Part shown: piece by piece, positions 15,235 to 31,396 of the stretch
How the letters are laid out: the number at the start of each line of letters is the position of its first letter
How positions within the stretch are numbered: the first letter of the stretch is position 1
Origin: the human T2T-CHM13v2.0 reference genome, Homo sapiens
Length of the DNA stretch: 64,000 nucleotides
NCBI RefSeq assembly: GCF_009914755.1
Contig: NC_060941.1
Strand: one strand, 5' to 3'
Made by a program: the position numbers and the translations under genes
The notes under the pieces: model-generated
Database searches by the model: none
The model's input: only the letters and a program-made list of their open reading frames with translations
What the model was told of the DNA's origin: nothing

Positions 15235-15369
15235 CCTGAATCATATTTTGAATGAAACTTTAAAAGAATATAAATGTATGGTAATAAATATTTGCTGTTT
15301 CATAAGAATGTTTATTTAACAACAAAAGAAAGGACATCCATCATCCTGATTTAGTTCCATCATTTTTAT

Positions 15370-15663
<294 letters not shown>

Positions 15664-15676
15664 AAATGTTCTTAAT

Positions 15677-15978
<302 letters not shown>

Positions 15979-16667
15979 AGTTACATCTTAATTCATTAAT
16001 TTTCATTAGCTATTATGTTCATGACATTTACAGTCCATAAGCTACCAAAGAATATATAATGTAAAGTGTCCCTCTCAATCCTGTCCACCAATCACCCAGT
16101 TTCTCTCTTGAGACACCAAAATTTTCATTATTTTCAGTATCTTTCCAAATAAATTTAAAACAAGTAACTAAATATTACATATACATTTCTCCTTCTTTAA
16201 AACAAATAGTAGCAAACCATGGTGTTCTTCATCTGGCTTTTTAAAAGATAACAATATATATTGATAGTCATCCCATATCACTACACAAAGAGCTTCCTCT
16301 TCTTACAGCTGGGTAGTATTCGCTCCATGTTTATTCAGTTGCCTGTTAAAGGACATTTAAGTTGATTCTAATATTTTGCTACAAAAATACTATATTCAGT
16401 AACCTTGGACATATATCATTTTGCAAACGTGAGAATATCTGTAAGAATACACGTCTAGAGGTATAATTTCTGGGTTAAAGGGTATATACATTTTTAATTT
16501 TGATAGCCATTATTAACTTGTCCCCCATTGAGCTGTGCCAATGTACATTCCCACCAGCTATGTAGAAGAATGCCAGTTGCCCACACTTTCATCAATATAT
16601 TGTGTTATTAAACTTCATCTGCTAGATAACTGAGAAATTATATCTCAATGTGGTTTTAATTTACATC

Positions 16668-16820
16668 TTTTTTTTTAGACAAATCTTCCTCTGTGGCCCA
16701 GACTGGAGTGCAATGGCATGATCACAGCTCACTGCAGCTTTGACGTCCTGGGCTCAAGTGATCCTCCTGCCTTGGTCTCCCAAAGTGTTGGGATTATAGG
16801 TGTGAGTCAATGTGCCTGTC
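16668..16820 (-). mobile_element. Internally deleted AluJ or monomer
   Basis: GGCATGATCACAGCTCACTGCAGC...CCCAAAGTGTTGGGATTA. Confidence 0.8.
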
Positions 16821-16933
16821 CGCATCTTCGCATTTTTAAAGAGACATTTATATTCCTTTTCTGTGATCCACTTGTTAATTTTCTTGGCCTAATTTTCTAT
16901 TAGGTTGTTGTTCTTTTTCATGTTGATTTGTAG

Positions 16934-17229
<296 letters not shown>

Positions 17230-18084
17230 AATTTATAGGAAATTTTTATTAGTGAAATTAATCCTTTATCCATGTTATAAATTGAAACATTTTCCCAGTT
17301 AGCAGTTTGTCTTTTGACTTTGCTTATTGTGTTTTTTGCTAAGAGAATTTTTTAGAAATTTCATCTTTTGACTTGTGTCGTTCTTAGAAATGATGGGCTT
17401 ATCTTATATCTTCATGGTTTCTTATTTTTTCTTTAATACTAAGATTTTTGATCCATTTGGAACTCATCTAGATTTAAAGTTTGAGCTATGGATTCAAGTT
17501 CACTTTTTAGCAAATTTCTACCTTTATTTGAGATCTCACCTTTAATTATACTATATTCTCAAAAGTATTTGAGTCTATTTCTAGTCTTCCTAATTAGTTT
17601 TGTCACCTAATTTAGGTTTTTTCATTCTTATGACATTTCTCTCCTGCTCATTAACATTTTTTTGTTGGGTATTCTTTATTTTGCTATTAATTCCAAATGT
17701 CAGGTAACTTAATTCTTTTCAACATTCTAAAAACAGAGAATTTCCTATGTGTCTAACAATAATTTTTCAATTATTCTATATTGCTGATAAAGTGCTTCAT
17801 CAACTACTAACAGAATTTAGTTGCTGATATCTGATGGTTAGAGTAAGACAACAAACCTGTATGGAACAATTTGGAAAAGAGTAAGGCTTTCTTGAGCTTT
17901 GATTGGTTGAATTTGATGTGCTGGGACCAAAAGTGACTGACAGATGGTCACGAGAGTTCACGTTTTGGTAACTCCTCTTGAAATGAACATATATTTCATT
18001 TTTAGTTTATAAGAAATATAATGTCGGCCAATGTCCTCTTCATTGGATATTGTAGATGAAATGCCTCAAAACATAATGTTGTTC

Positions 18085-19110
<1,026 letters not shown>

Positions 19111-19774
19111 TAAACACAATGAAACAAAACAGTATTATTAAATTCAAACCCAATATTGTTACCTAATCTCAAAAGCAAAACCAAACCCACAATGCCCTCC
19201 CCCAACTAATTATTAAATTCCACAATCTTGAGTTAGCCAGAGATGCTTGTTGTGGTCTCACATAAGACCACATTTGATACATGCCTTTGCATGTGAGGCC
19301 CTTTCTTGGCTACGCCCTAGGTGATTCCTTTCTTTTAGATACATTTCAATAAGTCATTATTTTTATCAGAACCTACCCAGTAAGATTATATTAGTTGGAC
19401 AAATTCAGACTTAGTTGTTAGAAGTTACAGTACTTGGTTTGTTATTTTGTTCTAGCGAGTAATACAATTTAGCAAAATGTTTAACTTCTGTGTGACATTT
19501 TTAGTTTTGTTATGTTTTTTATATTCCCTAATATTTTATTTTAAAAAATTTCAGACACACAGTGGAAAAAATTGTAGTTAGTAGCAGTCTATCCACCACC
19601 TAGATGTCACTATTAACATTTTATTATGCTTGTTTTAGCATATCTCTATCCATCTTTCTATCCCTCTCGCCTATCATTCAACCATTTTTTCAAAGTAAAT
19701 TGCAGATATCAGCATTATGTCCTGTTAAATACTGCAGGACTCCTATAATTAGCTAGAGTTTTATATTTGTATTC

Positions 19775-20071
19775 CTTTTTTTTTTTGAGACAGAGTCTTT
19801 CTCTGTCACTCAGGCTGGAGTCCAGCAGCGCGATCTCGGCTCACTGCAACCCCCGGCTCCCGGGTTCAAGCAATTCTCTTGGTACTCAGCCTTCTGAGTA
19901 GCCGGGACTATAGGCATGCGCCACCACACCCAGCTAATTTTTGTATCTTTAGTAGAGACAGGGTTTCGCCATGTTGGCCAGGCTGGTCTCAAACACCTGA
20001 CCTCAAGTAATCTGTCTGCCTTGGCCTCCCAAAGCGCTGGGATTATAGGCGTGAACCACCACACTCAGCCT
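19775..20071 (-). mobile_element. Alu (S-type) within an old L1 relic
   Basis: Full Alu consensus, antisense. Confidence 0.92.
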
Positions 20072-20309
20072 GATATTTGTTTACAGGTTTTTCTTTTGAT
20101 GTAAAATTTACATACAATGAAATGCACAAATCTTTAGCATATATTTGCTGCATTTTGACAAGTGCTTACCCTTGTGTGACCCAAACTCTTATCAAGGTAT
20201 AGAATATGACCGTTACCCCAGAAAGTTCCTTTTTCTCCTTCCCAGTTAATCTTCAAGCTTCCTTCCCTGTATTTTACTTGTTTATTTCTTTTTATTATTA
20301 TTATTTCAA

Positions 20310-20609
<300 letters not shown>

Positions 20610-20894
20610 CTTTTTTTTTTTGTTCCAGTGAAGTTAGAGCAACAGAATACAGAGTATGTGGACAGGTTGTGGGTGTAGTTCTTGCAGAATAGAATCCTAT
20701 ACTTCCGTAATATGTTTGTATTTGGTCAGACCATGGTATTCACTAGCATAAATGGTAGCATGGTATTCACCTTTTGTAATGACTTAGAGTGAGGTATTTC
20801 CATTCTTTTACTCTTATAAATAATGTTGTCATGAACATTTTCTTATAAATCTTTATACATATGCATGATTATTAATAGTCAAAATAGTAATATT

Positions 20895-21187
20895 GGCCAG
20901 GTGCGGTGGCTCACGTCTGTAATTCCAGCACTTTGGGAGACCAAGGCGGGTGGACCACCAGAGGCCAGGAGTTCAAGACAAGCCTGGGCAACATGGTGAA
21001 ACCCCATCTCTACTAAAATTACAAAAAATTAGCTGGGCATGGTGATGTGCGCCTGTAGTGCCATCTGCTTGGGAGGCTAAGCCATGAGAATAACGTGAAC
21101 CTGGAGGTAGGGGTTGTAGTGAGCTGAGATCATGCCACTGTACTCCAGCCTGGGCAACAGAGCAAGACTCTGTCTCAAAAAAAAAAA
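20895..21187 (+). mobile_element. Alu (older S/J-type)
   Basis: Full Alu consensus. Confidence 0.92.
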
Positions 21188-21575
21188 TTAGTAACATCTT
21201 CTTTTATCTGAACCAGATGAAACTTTGGTTCTTTAATGGCATGAACTGGTCAAAGTTTCTCACAGGCCCTGTATTTCCAATTAAATTCAGTGCTCGAATG
21301 ACATCCAGAAACCTGCACAGCTTGCAGCTCTCTGCCTGAAGAGGCAACATCCGTCACTGGGTGGCCTGGTCCTGAGCCCTTGGCAATTTGAGGGTGGGCG
21401 TTTTGCTCAAAGACAATTGCTAAGGCTATATGGAATATCTGGTGACTGTTCCATCCAAATAGAGGTGTCTGACCTTGTTTCTTTCCCAGAGGCTGAAATT
21501 GGGGTCCTAAGGTGAAATCCAGTTGTAAATTACTTTTTCTTTATTTGGAATGTGAAATGAAAAATGTATTCTTGA

Positions 21576-21884
<309 letters not shown>

Positions 21885-22269
21885 CTAACCATTGACATAT
21901 GTATCATAAAAAACAAGCAAGCTAGATTTCTCAACAAAGGTTCTCTAAGCAAGGAATACACAGACGTTACTCTTTCTCTGCAGCCTCTTTCAGGATGGGG
22001 GACTTTGATATTGCCATACATTCCTCTTAGAAATCATCTTAATTTGTTATTTTCATCTACTCTAGTGGGAAGATAAAATCACTACATGGCAGAGCCAGGA
22101 GTTTCAGGCCCATTTGGGGATTTCCTCAAGGATATCTTATAAATGTAAATTTGCTGGTTATTCATATGTATTGCTTAATTGCCTTCCCGTCTCCCCAGTG
22201 ATTATGCCAGCTACCACCATTATTACTAAAAAGGTTAACTTTTTTTAAGCAATTCATTTTTCTGAACTG

Positions 22270-22612
22270 TGTATTAGTTTGCTAAGGGATGTCATAGCAA
22301 AAGAACCAATAAACAACATAAATGTATTTTCTCACAGTTATGGAGGCTGGAAGTCCAAGGTGTAGGCAGAGTTGGTGTCTTTTGAGGACACACTCTGTGG
22401 CTTGTAGATGATCATCTTCTCCTAGCTCTGTGTGTCTGCATCCTAATCTCTTTATAAAGACACCAGTCCTATTGGATTAGGGCCCACTCGTATGACCTCA
22501 TTTTACTTTAAAGGCCCTATTTCCAAATATAGTCCCATTCTGAGATGCTGGGGGTTAGGACTCCAACATGTAAATTTGGTGAGGGAGCAGAATACAATTT
22601 AGTCCATAAGAA
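22270..22612 (-). mobile_element. MLT1-type MaLR solo LTR
   Basis: TGTATTAGTTTGCTA...TTCTCACAGTTATGGAGGCTGGAAGTCCAAG...GGATTAGGGCCCAC...CCCATTCTGAG. Confidence 0.75.
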
Positions 22613-22899
22613 ATCATAAAACACAAATATGTAAGAGAAATGTGAGCATAAGAAAAAGTTAAAAAGCTCATACATAGCTTCCTCAGTTGGAACAAATCAA
22701 AGTGCTTTCTTGTTTTTGCCATATGCACATCTAATTATTGGCTCTTACTAGTTTACAATACCAACAGCAATGCAAGTATATGTCAGTTTTATCACAAACT
22801 CAGAATTAGGTATTCTTAAAAATAAGATTAGTTATATTTTTATTGTATTTCTCTTTTAATTCAGTTTCCCAATTTCCCTTAATGAATTTGCTAGGTTGA

Positions 22900-23243
<344 letters not shown>

Positions 23244-23273
23244 TTCTTTAATATATGTTATTTATAATATTGG

Positions 23274-23274
<1 letters not shown>

Positions 23275-23318
<44 letters not shown>
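23275..23318. repeat. (TG)22 microsatellite
   Basis: Uninterrupted TG run. Confidence 0.97.
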
Positions 23319-23321
<3 letters not shown>

Positions 23322-24609
23322 AAATTAATTTTCTAGTAGTTGCCTAATCTGTAGTGCTGCTTCTAGGATTTCTATTAAAAGAATATATATTAAATTCTTA
23401 TTAAAGGCCAGTTATGATGGCTCATAATTAAGATGCCCTAGGAGCAACAAGAGCTGGGTGGGCTACTGATTTCCAGATGGGAATCTGGCCATGTTTATAA
23501 GACCTGGACTTGAAGATATTGGGCAGCCAACGAGGCCCATGGAGGAGAATTCTGGCGGGCTCTCCACTTAAGTACACCTACCTGCTCTCACCTTCAATTT
23601 GCCTTTAATGCCTCTCCACTTGATGTTTACGGCTAGCCACTTTTAGGATCTGAGCCATCAAGATGATGGATGAAATTGGGTTTGGAACAAGAAGGCAGGG
23701 CTATTTTGACCCAGGACACATTTCCAACATGCTGTGAAGAACTCTCAGCATCAAATAACATCTGGGTGGAAGAAGTTTTGGGAAAGAAGTCTAGCTGTAG
23801 ATCACACAATGCTTCTAAATGGGAGAAAATGTCCAGCTCCATGGCTTAGATTCTTTGGGAAGTAGGATAACTGGCTATTCCATTTTAGGCAAGGCTGCCT
23901 GGCCAGAAACCCATGTCTTACCATTTCGAGTACATTATGGTTGGCTTACAAATCGTAGCCTCATAGAGAACTTTTTCTTCTTTTAGCTACTGTCTTCCTA
24001 AAATAAAAGTCTCTGTGCAAAGCAATGGAAGAAACCTCATATTGTTTTTTGGGGTTGTCATTTTATGTAACTTACAATAATGACTACGGCTCGTCTTATA
24101 CAAGATGTAAAGGATTTGGGAGAGGGAATCCAGTGTGCATTTAGGGGAAGATGGTGATGTAGATAGCATATTTCAGGAGGCTGGGAAGTGTCGAGTGCTT
24201 AAATATATGCTTCTCAAATTTAATGGGCATACAAATTACCTGGTGGTATTATTAAAATGTAACCTCTAATTCAGTAGTTTTGGGATGGGTCCATGGACAG
24301 CACTTTGGTTAGTTCCCCTTGGGACTCCCCTTTCCCCTCAGAGAAGTGTAGAGGGTTGGGGTATTGGGCTTAAGAGGAGTTCCAGACTGTAACCATAGCT
24401 CTAGGTAACTCCCTTCTGGAAGTGATGTGTTAGCGACTGGAGGAGAAAGGGATCCCTGGGATCCTTTTCAGCTTTACTATTCTGATTTGGGGTTCTGAGA
24501 TTCCAACAAAGTGGACTTTTGGGAGTCACAGACCTCCATGGGAATGATGAAAGCTGCGTACCTTCTTTCCGCACAAATGCAGGCCCACCTTTAATTCTGC
24601 AAACCACTT

Positions 24610-25620
24610 TAGGCCCCGCGGGCCCGCAGCCCTGGTCCAAGACAGCTGTCTGCTTCACAGGTCGCGCACCCAGAGCCGGGCGGTTCTGCAGCTCAGCATC
24701 TGGCCCGGGCTGCGCGTCGGGCTCTGGCGGGGGCGTGTCAGGAGGCGTGTCCGGGGCGTGTCGGAGGCGGGGCCAAGGCGGGGGTAAGCCTCGCCCCTCG
24801 GCCGTGCGAGAGGCCGAGCTTGCTGCATTGCAGCCGCCGCGGCGCCGCTCGGCTCTTCACTCCCAACAATGGCGGCTCCGAGCCCGAGCGGCGGCGGCGG
24901 CTCCGGGGGCGGCAGCGGCAGCGGCACCCCCGGCCCCGTAGGGTCCCCGGCGCCAGGCCACCCGGCCGTCAGCAGCATGCAGGGTAAGGAACGCGGCCGC
25001 GCCGAGATCCCAGCCCCCTAGCGCGGCAACCCGCGTCGTCGCGGCCTGCCCCAGCGGACGCCCCCGGACCCGGCTGAGGAAGCCACGGCAGCCGCCGGCT
25101 TCTCCCTCTCTCCCTCCCCGGCTTCCCGCCCCGCTCCCGGCCGCCTCCGGCCCGGCTTGGATCCGGGCTCCGGCCCGCATAGGCCCCGGCCGCGGCCTCT
25201 GCCTGCGCTTGGCCCCTGGGCCCTACCGGGCTCTCAGCCGGCCCGCAGGGCCCACCTGGTCCGGGACCGCCCCCGCGGCCGTCCCCATCGCCCCCGCCGC
25301 TTACCTGGCGCCCGCCCGGCCCCCGTTTCCGGGAACGCGCCGGCTCGGGGCTGCGGCGGAGCGGGAGGGGCGTCGGGCCTGCCCCCTGGTCCCTGACGCC
25401 GCTCAGGTAGGCGGCGAAGACAGCGGCCCCGGCCGGCGCCCCTCGGCCCCGCCGCCGCAGTGGGCCCCGCTCAGGGCCATCTTGGCTGTCGCCGGGCACA
25501 GCTGGAGCCGGACCACCGAGCTGACCTCGGGCTACGGGGGCCTCTTGGAACCTGCGTTTTCAAACTTTTGCAGGGTTTCTGTGCGCTGGAAGGGATGGGG
25601 GTGGGGGGCGGGTTGCCCAG
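24610..25620 (+). promoter_or_regulatory. MAP2K4: CpG-island promoter and first-exon region of MAP2K4
   Basis: Very CpG-rich and TATA-less; three GGCGTGTC plus GAGGCGGGGC Sp/KLF boxes at 24729-24773; YY1-like GCCATCTT at 25476-25483. Confidence 0.92.
24869..24983 (+). CDS. MAP2K4: MAP2K4 (MKK4/SEK1) coding exon 1, 115 nt, phase-1 end
   Basis: Kozak ACAATGG; encodes MAAPSPSGGGGSGGGSGSGTPGPVGSPAPGHPAVSSMQ(G), the human MKK4 N-terminus; donor AGG|GTAAGG. Confidence 0.98.
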
Positions 25621-27699
25621 GCCTGTGCCACCTGTAAGGTAGGTAGGCTGCATTGGCCTGGGAGAGGCATTTTGTTCCAGGCCAGGGATTTCTGTGTTAG
25701 CATTGCGTGCAGGAAGAAAAAAAAAAAAAAAAAAAAAGAAGACTTAATTTGGTTTAAATGGAGAGATACAGGAAATAGACAGGGGTCAAAGTGATACTGT
25801 AGTGTCTGGACATTTGAGGCAGCTCTGCTAATTAATGACTTTCCCCACTGGGAATGCTTATTAGCTGTGTATGGCTTTTGACAGGGGGTGTTGTGAAAAT
25901 ACCAGGCCAGGCCCGAGCCTGTTAGGGACCATTTCCTTAAATTTACTGGGGAATTTTGAGTAGTAATGCTATTTTTAAAACAGGGAATCTCAGAACTCTC
26001 TTGACAACTTTAGCAAACTGCTTGTGTTGAATTATTAACAGAATAAGGGTTGGGGTACCCTTGGTAGTCAGTGTGACCATGGTTACTTTTTGATTCCATT
26101 CCTCTTAAAGGGCTTCTAGCATTTAGTTAGGTTCAACAGACATTTATTGAATAGTTCATGTTTATAGAGCATGCCATAATTCAGAAAGAAGAGACAGGAT
26201 TTTATTTATCTTTACATCCCTGTCACCCTCCCCATGAAATAATTTTAATATACATAAAAACCAGTGATAGATATATAGACAGGATGATGTCAGAGCTTAG
26301 AGGACACTTTCTGTGCAGGCCCTCAGATAATTCATTCAAATTGAATTAGTTATTGGATGCCCACTGTGTTGCACAGCACATTATACTGATGAAGTATAAG
26401 ATTGACTTCCTGACTGTACAGCTTTACAATTTAGGTGGTGGTGGTTGGGGCGAAATGAAATGGCAAAATGACAATTTAGGATTGTATTTCTTGTTCCAGA
26501 TGGGTGACTTACAAAGCTTATAAAAACAAGGTGATTTGTTTGTTTGTTTTATTGGTGGGGAGGCTGACAGTTTGAAATAGCTGGATACAGTGTGTTTTTT
26601 TGGTTCAAAAAATATTTATTGAGCATCTGCATAAAACGCTCATGCTGAGTTTATAGAGAATTGAACATCTCTAACTGTCCTCATGGAGGTTATCCCCCTG
26701 TGAAGATGGGGGAGGGAAGGCTATTTAGCTAAACATGAAAAATTACTAGTTGGAAAAGTAATAAAGGTAACAAGCTGGGTTTTGTGATAGAAGATAATAG
26801 AGGGCAGTCCGCTTGATAAGATGGTCAGAGAAGGCTTGTCTGGAAAGCTAACCCTCTTTTACCTGAAGACGGTTCTAGGCAGAGGAACTGTGTGTATGAA
26901 GGTTCCAAAGCAGGGAAGAGCTTGGAGTGTTCTAGGAACTCCTAAGGCAGTGGTTAGGACTTTTTCTGATGCTGTCCGTTCTCCTCAGCCCTTGTATGTT
27001 GATACCCAGTTAACTAAACTTTCTAATAAGCAGAACCCATTTTAGAAGGAAAAAGGACCTAAGACCTCTCTATGAATTATTGCCGAATTTTCTTTTTTAT
27101 CAATATTGTGTCTAGTCTTGATTGATTCAGGAATGTGTTATATCTTGTTCTTGAAACTTTTTTCATTAGTCAGAATGAAGTGCTTGATATTCTCAGGATG
27201 TTGTCTAGAACAGTCTGTTATAAAGCTTGAACTTAAGCAGCAATTTAGGATCCTTCTTTTTGGTTTGTTTTGTTCTGTATCTTAATTGTGAGGCCCTTGA
27301 AGAGGAAATCTTATAAGAACCCAAAAAGAAAGATTCCCATCCAATTGTATGGGAGTCACACCTCCCATACTGTACTTCATCTGCCAAGGGTCTTCTTTTG
27401 CTTTAGATCAGACTTCACAGAGTGGGCCTTAGAAGATGTTTGATGTACTTCCATTCCTTCTCCCCCAATCTAATTATACTTGCCACTCAAAAAACTTCCT
27501 TTCTGGGAGTTGTTAATGACCATGCTCTCTGAAACAGCAGGATTCAGTTGTGGAACATAAGGAATGTTTCATGCAGTAGACATTGGACATCCTCTTATGT
27601 GGTAAGCACTGTGGTGGGCACTGGATAACCTTGAATACTTTTTCATGGCTTCATGTTTATGGCCCAAGAGTGGTCCAGGCTGGCCAATATTGCTTTCTT

Positions 27700-27930
27700 A
27701 ATATACTGCTTAAGAACCAGAGCTCTGGAGTTCTGGGTTTGAATCTCTTGGCCAGGATTCAGATATGCGTTTTGTGACCAGGGGCAATGAACTTGGCCTT
27801 TCGAAGCCTCAGTTTCTCACTTGGAAAGTGGGAATAACGCTTACCTCCCCGGTGGCTTTGAGAATGCATGTAAGCCTGGGACCTGACATGTAGTAAGGAT
27901 GCAATACACATTAGCCATCATTGTTAGTAG
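27700..27930 (+). mobile_element. MIR
   Basis: CTGGGTTTGAATCTC...TGTGACC...GCCTCAGTTTCTCACTTGGAAAGTGGGAATAA. Confidence 0.7.
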
Positions 27931-29124
27931 CGACAATATTGTTATGGTCTCATTAATGGTCCCTTTTACTATTGGTAAATGAGTCCCTAACCTCTCATTA
28001 TTTACCACACAATTTCTTTAGTTCATATTACTAGGTCCCACTGTTCTCTCTAACCTGTTGATTTCCCCACTTTTCATTATTGAGCAGTCCTTTCAGAGTA
28101 TCCTAGATGAGATTTTATTCTACTTCAAACTCCGGATCTGTTTTTTTCTGGATCTGAGGACTCTCAAATGAATTACAATGTGAACGATATGAAACAGAAG
28201 TCTAGCTATCAATTTGCTCTACTCATTTTTTTCATAGGGGATGGGTAGATGGTTGGAATGGGATTTATAGTGAATTTGATTATAAGAGTAATCAACAGAC
28301 GTAGCTTTGGTTGCATGTTTATGCTAACAGTTATGGCTTCTAATCTGGCCATTTTTGCCACTGTCCCTCAGATAATAGGGAATAGCTGCTAATTTTGTTA
28401 TTACTCAAAAGATTTGAGTGTCTTCACTCATTCTGACTCATTTTTTTTTCATGTTCATTCACAAACACACCCAACCTTTATACGTTGAGTAGTTCTTAGG
28501 CTTTGGTTCTTTGATGACTAAAGCTAACAAAATGTAGATCTGTTTGCCAAGTTAGGTAAGTGGTTTTATGAAAGTATATTTGGCATTAGGATGAGTTTGC
28601 ATTTGAGAGAGGAAACAATACTCAAATTAACTACTCTGAGAAATGTTTTTATTCTTAATGTTTCATCAATAATTTGTTAATGTAGATAGATTTAATAGGA
28701 AAATTTCTTGCATATTAGGGCCTCATTCTGTGGAAAAGTATTATTCTTTAGTCCAAGAAATTTTAGCCAACCTAAAGTACGGAATTGACTTGTAGCATTC
28801 AAGAACCTTCCTAGCCATGGCTAGGGCTTTCCCTTGTGGCAAATCTAAAGCCTCGTGACTTTAGCTGGGTTAGTGTGAATCCTGTAAAGAGAAGATCCCG
28901 TTATACCAGGTAATTAATCTTAGATATGTATAGCAAATAGTACTAGATAGTATGGTTGGCATGTTAGAGAATAGCATATTCTGATTAATAGAGCTTGCCA
29001 GTTGAGAATTCAACAGCTTCTATAATGAAATTGCATAGGCAGGATGATTCCTTTTCCAGTAGTAGCTGTAGCAGCTAGCGTTCCCATAGCATGTAGTAAT
29101 GTTTAAGAAACAAAAGGATGTTGA

Positions 29125-29370
29125 AGTGTAAAGAGCACTGGACTTAGACTCAGAAAACCATGGTTAAGGTAACTGCTCTGCTGTTTACAAACACTGAGAT
29201 TTTAGGGAAATTCCCTAACTTTTCTCAACTCTCTGTTCAGAAATTTCTCATCTGTTAAAATAGGGATAATGCCTAACCTGTAGGGCCATTGTAAGAATCA
29301 CATTCTTAATGCATGTGAAAGTGCTTTGAAAATTATAGAATATCTATAAGTATATACAGATTGTTATTAG
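29125..29370 (+). mobile_element. MIR
   Basis: AAAGAGCACTGGACTTAGACTCAGAA...TTTCTCATCTGTTAAAATAGGGATAAT. Confidence 0.7.
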
Positions 29371-31396
29371 ACATGATTATTTGCCTGCTGTAGCTACTAA
29401 TCACTTAAAATGTAATAGATTTCAAAGATCGCTTAGCTGAGAAATGTCAGTTTTCAATAGATGTTTTCTTAAAATGGTTAGAATAGAATCTATAATTGAT
29501 TCAGAAAAACATTGAGCCATTTGTAAAATACTTGTTACAAGAAATAGTTAGAAAGTATATGTTGTAGGTGCCTCTGATTCTCTTAAAGTTCTGATTTACA
29601 GAAAACTTTGTGACCAGTCGAGTCCTTAGCTATTTACCCTTAGCTGAGCATTTTTATGTATCAGTTTAAGTAGAAAGATGATAGCTTGATTCTGCTTTAG
29701 AAAACACGCCCAGTACTTTAAAATGTAATGAAGTATATCTGTTAAGAAAAAGTCAAGAGATTTAAAATCAATGTAGTTATTTCTCCCAAAAATATTTGAA
29801 TATAAAATGTATATGAAATGTCCTGCTTTTGATTTTGTTTATCTGTTTTTACTAATTAGTCTGGTTTTCGAGAACCATGGGAGACCTTTATCTTAATTTT
29901 AAAGAACTGATTTGTGCAGACAGTGAAGAGTTTCAAACCCCAGAACTGCTTGCCCTTCCCAGTGTGTTGCATAACATTTCTTTTACTGTTTAACATAACC
30001 TCATACAAGTTCACCTCAGCAAATTAGTCCCCCCTCAAAGCTCAGACTGCATTTCTTCTTATGTTCCCTTAAAAATTAGAGCAACCCTAGTATTAAAGTA
30101 AAAAAGTGGAAAAACATCTCACCTCACTTTTAGAATACATATTTTCTCACATTTTCCTTTAAAATACCTTACTAGCCTGAATGTGTGCTGAAACTTGTTT
30201 AAGATGGGATATTAGTTAACCCTGTATTTTGAGTCGTTTTCTTTTTTCGTAAATTTTTCTTCTTTCACTAATTTGAGAAGCTGGATTGATGTGAGCCCAT
30301 AGAGTTTCCTTATTTTTAGGGGTCTGGATATCATAATCCTAACTCCATTCTACATAATCGAGGTCAGTCTCCTTTGTAGTCTCTAGGAAGTGCAGATGGC
30401 TCCAATGATACAACCTGAGAAACTTTAATTGAGGCTTAAAAAAGAAAGGGAAAGTAACAGTTAACAACTTTTTTCACTGTTCCTACCTAATTTGATGCTC
30501 ACAACCACCCTTTAAAGGTAAGTGGACATAGTCCCCTTCATAGATGAGGGGGTAGACGTTTATTTGTTCCGGAAGAGGTAGGTTTTAACCACCTGGGTGA
30601 CTGGTAGCCTTTGCTCCTCTTACTACTCTACTGCATGGTTCTCTGAGCCTCTTTAAGTCATTTCGGCCATTCAGGTCTGAAGGAAGCATCTTTGCCAGAA
30701 GTGATGCAGATTCAGGAATGGAGGAGAGAGATTATTTTAGGTTTCAGTCAGGGGGCGGAAGCTCCAAGCAACCAGCCACCTTTTGAGATGATTTTGGAGC
30801 CTTGGTGCTCCAAGAATGGTGCACTTCATGTTACAATGTTCTAAACTTGCTGGAGGGTTTACAGTGGCATTTTGAATCTGGAGACATTTCGATTGGGAAT
30901 CTCCAAGTAAGTAGAAGACTTTAATTAGAGGAAACCATTGCAGATTTGAAAGGTAATAGAATCCTTTTAACACTATATATAAAAGGAACTCATTTGTCAT
31001 AAAATTTAACAAATGTTGTCGTTCTGGCTAAATTTGTAATCTGGGCAAATTACTATTTTTGCTAGTGGATGTGGGTTAGCTTCTAGCTGTTTCCTCCCAA
31101 CTCTAGAAAATCTTCAGGTGTCTCTTCATGCTCGGTAAGGTTGGGAGTTTAATGTGTACTTAAATTAATAGAAAGTATTCAAGTCGTAAGACTGGCCTTG
31201 CTTGTAGCTACACAGTGAAAGGGAGATGATTAGCCAGTAGTTTACACAACTCAAGGTGGGCCTTTTGAATGAAGAAAACAATTACATTGTATGCAGCTTG
31301 GTTCTTTAAGAACAACACATTATTCTCCACCACGGAGAAAGAGGATTAAAATGGACATCACAGCAGCTTTTTCGAGCTATATTGTATTTCATTTTA

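Noticed and set aside
24519-25653. ORF-track entries over the MAP2K4 island
   Set aside because: Wrong frame or strand relative to the true exon 1; GC-content artefacts
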